DNA of 63,217 nucleotides from Escherichia coli (GTDB lineage Bacteria; Pseudomonadota; Gammaproteobacteria; Enterobacterales; Enterobacteriaceae): NCBI RefSeq assembly GCF_003334255.1, contig NZ_QOWU01000026.1; one strand, 5' to 3'. Shown piece by piece: positions 36,723 to 44,240 of this stretch (position 1 is its first letter; each line of letters starts with the position of its first letter). The notes under the pieces were generated by a model. It saw only the letters and a program-made list of their open reading frames with translations, ran no database searches and was not told where the DNA came from. The position numbers and the translations under genes were made by a program.

Positions 36723-37658
36723 ATGGAACCCCTTCGTGAAATAAGAAATCGGCTGCTTAACGGCTGGCAATTATCAAAAATGCATACTTTTGAAGTGGCT
36801 GCCAGGCATCAGTCCTTCGCCCTGGCGGCAGAGGAATTGTCGCTGAGCCCCAGTGCGGTAAGTCACCGTATCAATCAGCTGGAAGAAGAATTGGGCATTC
36901 AGTTGTTTGTTCGTTCCCATCGCAAAGTGGAATTAACGCACGAGGGGAAACGTGTTTATTGGGCGCTAAAATCGTCGCTGGATACCCTGAACCAGGAAAT
37001 TCTTGATATCAAAAATCAGGAGTTATCGGGAACGTTAACTCTGTATTCCCGGCCCTCTATCGCCCAATGCTGGTTGGTGCCCGCATTAGGTGACTTTACA
37101 CGCCGGTATCCGTCTATTTCGCTCACCGTGCTCACTGGTAATGACAACGTCAATCTGCAACGTGCCGGAATCGATTTGGCGATCTACTTTGATGATGCGC
37201 CGTCAGCGCAACTCACTCATCACTTTCTGATGGATGAAGAAATCCTGCCAGTATGTAGCCCGGAATACGCTCAAAGACATGCTTTAACCAACACGGTAAT
37301 TAACCTGTGTCACTGTACGTTGCTCCATGACAGACAGGCATGGAGCAACGACTCCGGTACGGATGAATGGCATAGTTGGGCGCAACATTATGCGGTTAAT
37401 TTGCCGACATCTTCTGGAATTGGCTTTGATCGTTCTGATTTAGCTGTTATTGCCGCGATGAATCATATTGGGGTGGCGATGGGAAGAAAACGCCTGGTAC
37501 AAAAAAGGCTTGCCAGTGGTGAGCTCGTCGCGCCGTTTGGCGATATGACGGTGAAATGCCATCAGCATTATTACATCACCACATTACCGGGCAGGCAGTG
37601 GCCAAAAATTGAAGCGTTTATTATCTGGCTAAGAGAACAGGTAAAAACCACTTCATAA
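36723..37658 (+). CDS. dsdC: LysR-family activator DsdC (311 aa)
   Basis: ORF track starts at GTG 36717. ATG 36723 gives MEPLREIRNRLLNGWQLSKMHTFEVAARHQSF (LysR HTH). Divergent from dsdXA. Confidence 0.93.
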   Translation: MEPLREIRNRLLNGWQLSKMHTFEVAARHQSFALAAEELSLSPSAVSHRINQLEEELGIQLFVRSHRKVELTHEGKRVYWALKSSLDTLNQEILDIKNQELSGTLTLYSRPSIAQCWLVPALGDFTRRYPSISLTVLTGNDNVNLQRAGIDLAIYFDDAPSAQLTHHFLMDEEILPVCSPEYAQRHALTNTVINLCHCTLLHDRQAWSNDSGTDEWHSWAQHYAVNLPTSSGIGFDRSDLAVIAAMNHIGVAMGRKRLVQKRLASGELVAPFGDMTVKCHQHYYITTLPGRQWPKIEAFIIWLREQVKTTS

Positions 37659-37753
37659 TGAATAAAACCACGAGTTCCTGGTGTGCCTTATTCGGCCTGC
37701 TAGTTCGAATTTAATTTACGGTTTTTATGTGGTTTTAGGGATAAACACAAGGA

Positions 37754-37828
37754 TGGTGTCCCCTGCAGGAATCGAACCTGCAATTAGCCCTTAGGAGGGG
37801 CTCGTTATATCCATTTAACTAAGAGGAC
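37754..37828 (-). tRNA. argW: tRNA-Arg (anticodon CCU), argW
   Basis: The reverse complement reads GTCCTCTTAGTTAAATGGATATAACGAGCCCCTCCTAAGGGCTAATTGCAGGTTCGATTCCTGCAGGGGACACCA. It is a full cloverleaf with a CU-CCU-AA anticodon loop, a GGTTCGATTCC T-arm and an encoded CCA. Confidence 0.95.
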
Positions 37829-37867
37829 ATTGTTGCGTATTGATTTTGGTTGTTCACCATATGACTG

Positions 37868-37897
37868 ATAATACCGTCTTTATGGTTTTAAAATCAA
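37868..37897 (-). promoter_or_regulatory. candidate argW promoter
   Basis: Minus strand TTGATT-18 nt-TATTAT, about 40 nt upstream of the tRNA 5' end. If real, the prophage/host junction lies to the right of about 37900. Confidence 0.3.
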
Positions 37898-38023
37898 GGT
37901 GTAAGTTCGTTTTTGTTCATGGTTGATTATCTTCTTTTGCGTTGAAAAGTGTTTTGTTCACTTGCTAATGCGTACATATTGAGTACAGAATACATTATAA
38001 ACTTGTGTACAGGATATAAAGCA

Positions 38024-39193
38024 TTGGCACTGAGCGACACCAAACTACGAGGCCTCTACGGAAAACCCTACTCTGGCCCTGCTGAAATCACCGATGGTGA
38101 CGGGTTAAGTGTGCGGATTACTCCAGCAGGAACTATCACGTTTCAGTACCGTTATCGCTGGAATGGTAAGCCAGTACGTCTTACTGTCGGGCGCTATCCG
38201 TCTACTTCACTGAAGGACGCGCGTGTTATCGTCGGTGAGATGCGCGCATTGTACATGAAGGGAGTTAACCCTAAAAATTATTTTGCGCCCAGTGACGGCG
38301 AACTGACATTAAAAGAATGCCTGGATCAGTGGTGGGATAAGTATGTTACTGATCTGAAACCCAATACACAGACGCTTTACAGATCCGTCGTGTACAACAC
38401 TATGTACACACAGTTTGAAGGCTCGCCAGTTGCCAGTATCCCAGTATCGGCATGGGCTCGTTTCTTTGACAAACAAGAAAGCCTCAACAAGAAAAAGGCT
38501 CGTGTTTTGTTGTTACAACTGCGTTCAGTTATTAACTGGTGTATCAGCCGCCAGTTAATCCCATCATGCGAATTACTCAAGCTTAGTGTTAAGAATATTG
38601 GGAAAAAACCAGATGTAGGGAGTCGTGTACTTACCTATACGGAACTGGCAAAAATTTGGCTGGCGCTGGAGAACTCAAAAGTAGTTACTTCCAACAAGGT
38701 GTTACATCAATTGCTATTGCTATGGGGGGCCAGACTTTCTGAGCTACGTCTCGCGACAGCCAGTGAGTTCAACATGGAAGATCTGGTCTGGACAACCCCA
38801 AAAGAGCATTCAAAAATGGGGAATATTATCCGGCGTCCGGTATTCACTCAGGTTAAACCTTATATCGAGAGATTGCTTAATGCGGGTTTTGATGTGCTAT
38901 TCCCCGGGCAGGAAATAGATAAACCTATTGATCGTTCGTCGGCTAATTTGTACATGAAAAAGTTAAGGGAGAAAATTGATATTCCTGAATGGAGAACGCA
39001 TGATTTTAGGCGTTCTCTGGTAACGAATTTATCTGGGGAAGGAATTATGCCCCACGTCACTGAAAAAATGCTGGGGCATGAACTTGGGGGAGTTATGGCC
39101 GTGTATAATAAACACGACTGGTTGTCGGAACAGAAAGATGCGTATGAGTTGTATGCTGATAAAATTTTCTGGCACGCTAAACAGCTCGGTTAA
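38024..39193 (+). CDS. tyrosine-recombinase phage integrase (P4-like family)
   Basis: ORF track 37949..39193. I prefer TTG 38024 (AGGA 9 nt upstream), giving (M)ALSDTKLRGL..., the usual P4-type N-terminus. The C-terminus carries HDFRRS...LGH...Y catalytic blocks. Confidence 0.85.
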   Translation: MALSDTKLRGLYGKPYSGPAEITDGDGLSVRITPAGTITFQYRYRWNGKPVRLTVGRYPSTSLKDARVIVGEMRALYMKGVNPKNYFAPSDGELTLKECLDQWWDKYVTDLKPNTQTLYRSVVYNTMYTQFEGSPVASIPVSAWARFFDKQESLNKKKARVLLLQLRSVINWCISRQLIPSCELLKLSVKNIGKKPDVGSRVLTYTELAKIWLALENSKVVTSNKVLHQLLLLWGARLSELRLATASEFNMEDLVWTTPKEHSKMGNIIRRPVFTQVKPYIERLLNAGFDVLFPGQEIDKPIDRSSANLYMKKLREKIDIPEWRTHDFRRSLVTNLSGEGIMPHVTEKMLGHELGGVMAVYNKHDWLSEQKDAYELYADKIFWHAKQLG

Positions 39194-39359
39194 TTCCTCC
39201 GGCTTTAAGCCATTGTTCAACGGCCTGACGACTATATCGCGCCGGATGAGTAAGTACTGGTTCCGGGAATCCGTGTTTTTTTCGCAAATTATACAAAGCT
39301 GTGCGCCTTTTTTGTAACAAATCAGAAACCTCTTTTTCGGTCATTAAGTTGACTTCCAT
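39177..39359 (-). CDS. AlpA/Xis-type excisionase-like HTH protein
   Basis: 60 aa; MTEKEVSDLLQKRRTALYNLRKKHGFPEPV...RYSRQAVEQWL matches the AlpA/MerR-like excisionase pattern. Convergent with int, overlapping it by 17 nt. Confidence 0.7.
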   Translation of the reverse strand: MEVNLMTEKEVSDLLQKRRTALYNLRKKHGFPEPVLTHPARYSRQAVEQWLKAGGINRAV

Positions 39360-39437
39360 AGTATGCGCTCCTTTTCTACATGTATTTCAACAGCCTGATA
39401 TCATCCACGCCCTAAAGGACGTGGATTCCCGCTACGT

Positions 39438-39815
39438 TCACTCTGACAATTCGTTGATCAAGTCACGGTATTTATTCAGTTCTTGCAACGCCTTACATGC
39501 ACCCTCCCATCGTTTCTGTTTCCGCCCGGCGCGGCGCGCTTCTTTCCGTGATTTACGTAGCAGGTCACCTATAATGTTGTGCTGAACTGGCTGAACTGGC
39601 TGAACTGGCTGAACTGGCTGAACTGAATCAATATCTGTTTTGCTTCCAACTCCCTCTACTGCCTGCCAGATGCCGTTTTTTACCTTTACGATCCCCTGGT
39701 TTTTCAACTTCCACAGCGTATCAATGACGTCATTCAAATCAATATTGAGACCTTTAGAAATGCTGTCGGCTGTTGCTTTTCCTAATTTGTTCAATTCTGT
39801 GAGTACGGCGTTCAT
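39438..39815 (-). CDS. hypothetical protein with (PVQ)n linker, winged-helix-like N-terminus
   Basis: 125-aa ORF with a good RBS context. It contains an in-frame 9-nt tandem repeat encoding VQPVQPVQPVQPVQ and has a basic C-terminus. Confidence 0.6.
   Translation of the reverse strand: MNAVLTELNKLGKATADSISKGLNIDLNDVIDTLWKLKNQGIVKVKNGIWQAVEGVGSKTDIDSVQPVQPVQPVQPVQHNIIGDLLRKSRKEARRAGRKQKRWEGACKALQELNKYRDLINELSE
39582..39626. repeat. 9-nt tandem repeat (CTGAACTGG x4 plus one 8/9 copy)
   Basis: Read directly: ctgaactgg ctgaactgg ctgaactgg ctgaactgg ctgaactga. Confidence 0.95.
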
Positions 39816-39850
39816 TTTTTTCTCCTGATATTTTAATGTCGGTGGGGGTG

Positions 39851-40063
39851 TTATGCGATTGGTGAGGTGTCAGCTTCTTCTACCAGCTTTTCCAGTTCAT
39901 CCAGCTTTCGGGAAAGAATTTCACCAAACAGATGAAGTTCTGCATCTGCTGTGATCGGGATTGGAACAAAGCGTATTCCACTTCTGGCAAGTTGATTTGC
40001 GATTTCCAGACACTGCCTTAATTCAACTGGTGATGCCTTTGTCAACGTCGTTTTTTCGCTCAT
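39851..40063 (-). CDS. hypothetical early protein (70 aa)
   Basis: ORF track 39851..40147. Internal ATG gives MSEKTTLTKASPVELRQCLEIANQLARSGIRFVPIPI.... The longer version would lie deep inside the methylase gene. Confidence 0.5.
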   Translation of the reverse strand: MSEKTTLTKASPVELRQCLEIANQLARSGIRFVPIPITADAELHLFGEILSRKLDELEKLVEEADTSPIA

Positions 40064-40649
40064 TGGTTTTCTCCAGAAATTTAACAATACCCGGAACCAT
40101 CTCAATGGATGGTGTTCCGCATTGGTTACCCCATACATCAAATCCATGCGAGGTGTGGCGGGCGAACAGTTCTATCCGGGGAACATCGCCAAGAAGTTGC
40201 ACAAGTTTTTCTCGCGCCATATCCGGCTTGCGGGAGTGATCAAGGCGTGGTGCAGTAAATGACTGAATTATTCCGGCGTTAATGCGTTCAGGCAGATTTC
40301 CTTTCACTGCAAAAAGGCAGTCTTCGCTGTTAGCGCGAGTGGTGCTACCCATACCCATGACCAGCTTGTCGGTCTGTCTTTTCCCGCATTTGTTCCAGGT
40401 TAATCCTTTCATCGTCACCAGGCGAAAGCCCCATGCTTCTACAACCTTCAATGCTTCAAGTGGTTGTGTAGGCACCCACCACATAGCCAACAGGCAGTTA
40501 TCTGCTGCCAGTTCCCATACCGGGAGGCGGCAGATATCGAGAAGGCTCATGACCGGATATTTAAAACTTGCACCGCGTTGACCATCGGTTGCTTTGTCGC
40601 GGAATGTCCAAGGTGGATCTGCGTAAATGAGAGTGTATTTGTTAGTCAT
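40023..40649 (-). CDS. MT-A70-family DNA N6-adenine methyltransferase (orphan)
   Basis: 208 aa with MTNKYTLIYADPPWTF (the DPPW catalytic motif of MT-A70). Its start overlaps the upstream gene stop, and no nuclease partner is adjacent. Confidence 0.8.
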   Translation of the reverse strand: MTNKYTLIYADPPWTFRDKATDGQRGASFKYPVMSLLDICRLPVWELAADNCLLAMWWVPTQPLEALKVVEAWGFRLVTMKGLTWNKCGKRQTDKLVMGMGSTTRANSEDCLFAVKGNLPERINAGIIQSFTAPRLDHSRKPDMAREKLVQLLGDVPRIELFARHTSHGFDVWGNQCGTPSIEMVPGIVKFLEKTNERKNDVDKGITS

Positions 40650-41077
40650 AGCGCCTTTTCAAACTCATCAATGTAAAGTCCTGCTTTAATCAGTCGGCGA
40701 CGGCGTTTGGCCTTTTGCTCGTATTCCTCGCGGCAGTTTTTTGCTGCGTGTTCACGGCTTCTGCGACTGAATGGAGGAACGGCATTGCGTGAACGAGGTG
40801 TGTCACGACGAGGATTTGATTCGAGGGAGAAAAAGCGATCAACGATTCCGGTGTCTGTGGTGAATGACTCTGAAGCCTTGATTTTCACAACCTTACTGCC
40901 TTTTGTCAGGCTGCGAGCTACCTTGTTGAACTCGCAAAGTGAAACACCAAATTTCTCTGCTATTTCACTGCCAGTAACAGGACGACCACGAGACTGAATC
41001 ATCCAGGTGACGCGTTCTTTTAACCCACGGAAGACACCGGGCCTTCCAGAACGCCTGTAGAAAGCGATCTGTTTCAA
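40646..41077 (-). CDS. hypothetical protein, probable wHTH, basic C-terminus
   Basis: 143-aa ORF translationally coupled to the methylase gene. Confidence 0.55.
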   Translation of the reverse strand: MKQIAFYRRSGRPGVFRGLKERVTWMIQSRGRPVTGSEIAEKFGVSLCEFNKVARSLTKGSKVVKIKASESFTTDTGIVDRFFSLESNPRRDTPRSRNAVPPFSRRSREHAAKNCREEYEQKAKRRRRLIKAGLYIDEFEKAL

Positions 41078-41096
41078 ATTTTTGTCTCCAGATATG

Positions 41097-41119
41097 AAAA
41101 CCCCGACGGGATGTCGGGG
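41097..41119 (-). terminator. intrinsic terminator after the ORF6N gene
   Basis: Minus strand CCCCGAC-atccc-GTCGGGG followed by TTTT. Confidence 0.7.
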
Positions 41120-41127
41120 TGGGGAAG

Positions 41128-41805
41128 TCAGAGGCTTAACGAGAAGCCTTTTCGGGAATTTCGATCTGACAGTCTTGAAATATCCTGTAGAGTACGGCGC
41201 ATTTCTTCCGTCAGATGTTTGAAGGCGTTAAATTCAGCAACAGCGGCGTCAACGTTATAGCCCTTGCTGTGTAGCTCGTTGAGGATGCGCATAGTTGGGC
41301 TTGGCATGTCGAAGAGCACGGAAACGTCCAGGTTAAGAGTTTTTCGATCAACATAGCTCATCATGGAGTAGGGGTGATGCTCTGAAAACCACGATAGAGG
41401 GTAGTTGATAGATAGCGTTGATTCTGGAAGCTGAAGTTGTTCTGGGATTTTTTGACTGAAATAGCAGTCTTCCAGTTTTTCGAACACCTCCCACGCCCGA
41501 TCGGTTTCGAGCATTTTTGCATGACGGGCAGCGCCGCGTTCAGTCCAGAGGATGAGGGAACGAACGTTACGGGCAATTTTCACAGAGTAGTTAAAAGCTA
41601 CTCTGTGCTTGAACTCACGTAAAGTTTCACCTTCAAGTTTGAAGAAGTGTTTTTCCTCAATGAAACGACCTTTGTTTTCGTGGTGATTCTGGCGAATACG
41701 AATAGCTTCTGTGCCGTAAAGGTGCGCCAAAAGTTCAGTAGTGATAACGGGGATCTGCTTGTAAGTAATCGTGGAGAGTGTTTCAACAGAAACTTGAGTT
41801 GTCAT
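41128..41805 (-). CDS. ORF6N-domain antirepressor-like protein (225 aa)
   Basis: ORF track 41128..41835. ATG 41805 has GGAGG 8 nt upstream. The N-terminus YKQIPVITTELLAHLYGTEAIRIRQNHHENKGRFIEEKHFFKLEG is ORF6N-like. The C-terminal ~95 aa is shared with the Ant protein at 49989..50624. Confidence 0.7.
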   Translation of the reverse strand: MTTQVSVETLSTITYKQIPVITTELLAHLYGTEAIRIRQNHHENKGRFIEEKHFFKLEGETLREFKHRVAFNYSVKIARNVRSLILWTERGAARHAKMLETDRAWEVFEKLEDCYFSQKIPEQLQLPESTLSINYPLSWFSEHHPYSMMSYVDRKTLNLDVSVLFDMPSPTMRILNELHSKGYNVDAAVAEFNAFKHLTEEMRRTLQDISRLSDRNSRKGFSLSL

Positions 41806-41969
41806 AGTGACGCCTCCGGTTGATGAGTTTTTCATTCACCACCGTCAGGTTCCTAATCATCGGGTGGCGAGACGTACAGGGTTAGGAACTACCGGATCAA
41901 CCAACCGGCCAGCCTTTCGGCTGCCCCATACGCCCCACCATAATTCAGATGTGCGTGTGCATACGACAA

Positions 41970-42050
41970 TAAAAAACACGCTCGCGGCGTGTGTCTGTCG
42001 CGGTTGAATATCCGGGGTTCCTAATCCCGACGCCAGATTTTGCTGGCGTG
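41970..42050 (-). ncRNA. candidate ~80-nt terminated leader/sRNA upstream of the ORF6N gene
   Basis: Minus-strand promoter TTGACA (42085-42080)-17 nt-TTATAT (42062-42057). Then hairpins GCCAG-caaaat-CTGGC and CGGG-AUUAGGAAC-CCCG, and the terminator ACACGC-cgcga-GCGTGT plus T6 (41992-41970). Confidence 0.45.
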
Positions 42051-42148
42051 CGGTGAATATAATCCCGGATACCTATTTTTGTCAAACAACCGTTGCGCAT
42101 TACACAACAGTCGCTATAATGATTCGCGTAACGCAACAGGAAACAAGC

Positions 42149-42427
42149 ATGATAAAAAGCTGGAAACACAAAGGACTTCAACGTTTCTTTGAAACAGGAA
42201 ATGCATCAGGCATAAATCCCAATCACGTTAAACGCCTGAGAACGTGCCTTCAGGTAATAGATCAAGCTGAAATCATTGATGATATTAACCTTGCCGGGTA
42301 CAGGCTGCACCAGTTGCAGGGGGACAGATCCGATACATGGTCTGTCACCGTCTCCGGTAACTGGAGAATCACATTCGAGTTTCGGAACGGCGATGCTTAT
42401 ATTCTTAACTACGAGGATTACCACTAA
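42149..42427 (+). CDS. higB: HigB-family toxin (RelE/ParE superfamily), 92 aa
   Basis: ORF track 42053..42427. ATG 42149 with AGGA upstream gives MIKSWKHKGLQRFFETGNASGINPNHVKRLRTCLQVID...WSVTVSGNWRITFEF..., the 'killer protein' HigB pattern. Confidence 0.8.
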   Translation: MIKSWKHKGLQRFFETGNASGINPNHVKRLRTCLQVIDQAEIIDDINLAGYRLHQLQGDRSDTWSVTVSGNWRITFEFRNGDAYILNYEDYH

Positions 42428-42732
42428 TGGCGATGTTTAACCCCCCTCATCCCGGAGAAATTATTGCTGATATTCTGGAAGATCAGAATATTGGAATCAG
42501 GGAACTGGCAAGAGCGCTTGATGTCGCGCCTTCCACTGTTCAGCGACTGGTTTCAGGTAATGCGACAATATCTCCTGAAATGGCTGTTCGTCTCGCTGCT
42601 GTCCTGGGTGGAACTCCGTCTTCATGGATTCGTCTCCAGACGGCATGGAGCCTCGAAAAAGCGGAAAGAGAAGTTGACGTATCTCATCTCTCAACAAAAT
42701 ACCGCCCGGCAGAAATTTCGCCTCATGCTTAA
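42427..42732 (+). CDS. higA: HigA-family antitoxin (XRE HTH), 101 aa
   Basis: MAMFNPPHPGEIIADILEDQNIGIRELARALDVAPSTVQRLVSGNATISPEMAVRLA, the typical HigA/VapI sequence. ATG overlaps the higB stop. Confidence 0.8.
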   Translation: MAMFNPPHPGEIIADILEDQNIGIRELARALDVAPSTVQRLVSGNATISPEMAVRLAAVLGGTPSSWIRLQTAWSLEKAEREVDVSHLSTKYRPAEISPHA

Positions 42733-42774
42733 CCACCGCGCCGTCATTCTGGCGGCGTCGGAGAGTGGAGGATA

Positions 42775-43557
42775 TCAGGTTCCGAACTCTGCTTTGTTCT
42801 CCGCCTCCAGGATTTCTTCAATCTTCCGTACTCCCCGATTATTGTATCGAAAGCTTTCTACCTGCTTATCCGAATACGGGGATTTGTCGATGAACCATTT
42901 CCCGTATTGTTCTGTTTTGAGCATGTAGGTATTGGCAATGCGACCGATCTTGTTTGCAGTGACGCCAAACTGTTTACCAACCTCTGTTGCACTGTAGTGA
43001 TGTTCATCAAGAACAGGAAGGGGGATAACATTAAAACCAGCAGAACGGTTAATCACTGAGGCGTAAGCAGCCTGTTTCGCCTTGTCGCCCAGGTGCGGTA
43101 AACGATCCAGAACGCTTGAGATAACCTCCATTTCCATTTTCAGCGCTTTAGCTTTGCGGTATTCAGGAAGGCCGTTTGATGGTGTACTTTTCTCCTGTTT
43201 AAGGCTGTAAGTTCCTGTCTCCATCAGGGCTGGGAGGACAACTTCACAAACCCAATCCTGAACCCGTTCTGCCGATGGTAACGAGCTACGCATGATGAGA
43301 CGAAAAGCGTCACCTTGGCCAATAAGTTGAATTCCTCGCGGATTGTCACCTAAACCTAATTCTCGCGATTCGCGATAATTAAGTTTAATCAATGACTTGC
43401 AGTGCTTTTTCAATGCGTCCGCCGTGTTGGCGTATCCCAGGGCTTTTGCGAATGGAGCAGCCAGAAACACAGGCTTACCCTGATAGAAAGCTGCATCCAG
43501 CCCAACGATATTACCCTGTGAGATTTCGCACTCAAAATGTTTGATAATAGATTTCAT
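42775..43557 (-). CDS. Bro-N domain antirepressor-family protein
   Basis: 260 aa. The N-terminus (VFLAAPFAKALGYANTADALKKHC...IQLIGQGDAFRLIMRSSLPSAERVQDWVCEVVLPAL) fits Bro-N. Confidence 0.65.
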   Translation of the reverse strand: MKSIIKHFECEISQGNIVGLDAAFYQGKPVFLAAPFAKALGYANTADALKKHCKSLIKLNYRESRELGLGDNPRGIQLIGQGDAFRLIMRSSLPSAERVQDWVCEVVLPALMETGTYSLKQEKSTPSNGLPEYRKAKALKMEMEVISSVLDRLPHLGDKAKQAAYASVINRSAGFNVIPLPVLDEHHYSATEVGKQFGVTANKIGRIANTYMLKTEQYGKWFIDKSPYSDKQVESFRYNNRGVRKIEEILEAENKAEFGT

Positions 43558-43577
43558 ATCATTTCTCCTGTTGGGGG

Positions 43578-43856
43578 TTACGCAAAAGAACGGCGGACGG
43601 CTTTCGACTCACGTGCGGCGACGCGAAGCGCTTGTTTATAGGTCATCACAATAACAACCTGATCCGCACCGCCTTTTTTCTTATCCATGGGGGTTACGAA
43701 AATTTCGTAACCCTCCCCATCAAGTTCATCTTTGATGCGTGCAATGAAGTCGTTGTTGCGTACTTCTTTTTCACCGCACAGTCTCCGCGCTTCATTCACC
43801 ATTTTCAACAGAGCCTGGCTGTCGATAGTTCCATTTTTCATTACATTATTTTTCAT
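43578..43856 (-). CDS. hypothetical early protein (92 aa)
   Basis: ORF with codirectional neighbours. No family recognised. Confidence 0.45.
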   Translation of the reverse strand: MKNNVMKNGTIDSQALLKMVNEARRLCGEKEVRNNDFIARIKDELDGEGYEIFVTPMDKKKGGADQVVIVMTYKQALRVAARESKAVRRSFA

Positions 43857-44042
43857 CGTTTTAACCTCTCAAGCTCGCCGTAGCGAGTTCAGATAAAAGA
43901 AATCCCCGCGAGTGCGAGGATTCTTATTCACCTTTGACGGCAAGTTGCAGGTTAGCCACGACCTTCCTCCTTTGGCTTGTGAATTTGTATCGTCATGCCG
44001 CTTTGAGTGGTGACTACAACGACAGAACCAGGCTGAAGGCTG

Positions 44043-44240
44043 TTAAGATTGAATGCTTCGTAAAATGAATCCAAGGCCAGTGCTTTTTTTATTCTTTCGG
44101 TTCCACCAACGCCATCCCTTGCTACAGGCTACACTGACAATCCACTGTCCACTCCTGTAAGCCATATAAAACCAGATGAGCAAAACCTGAAGGAATGCTA
44201 TCCAGTCAATAATCGTATATTTCGCGAAGGAGTCCATCAA
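44043..44240 (-). CDS. small membrane protein (65 aa)
   Basis: One clear TM segment (IIDWIAFLQVLLIWFYMAY). Start overlaps the stop of the DUF551 gene. Confidence 0.45.
   Translation of the reverse strand: MMDSFAKYTIIDWIAFLQVLLIWFYMAYRSGQWIVSVACSKGWRWWNRKNKKSTGLGFILRSIQS

Noticed and set aside
37829-38023. Attempt to define the attL core.
   Set aside because: The other prophage end is outside the window, and no segment of this interval or of argW is repeated elsewhere in the window. The junction therefore cannot be placed from this sequence alone.
41945-42181. 78-aa minus-strand ORF covering the sRNA/terminator region.
   Set aside because: It would read through an intrinsic terminator and the promoter itself. 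The region is better explained as structured RNA.
42464-42928. 154-aa plus-strand ORF overlapping higA in another frame and running into the Bro-N gene.
   Set aside because: It is out of frame with a well-supported HigA sequence and antisense to the Bro-N 3' end. It has no RBS.
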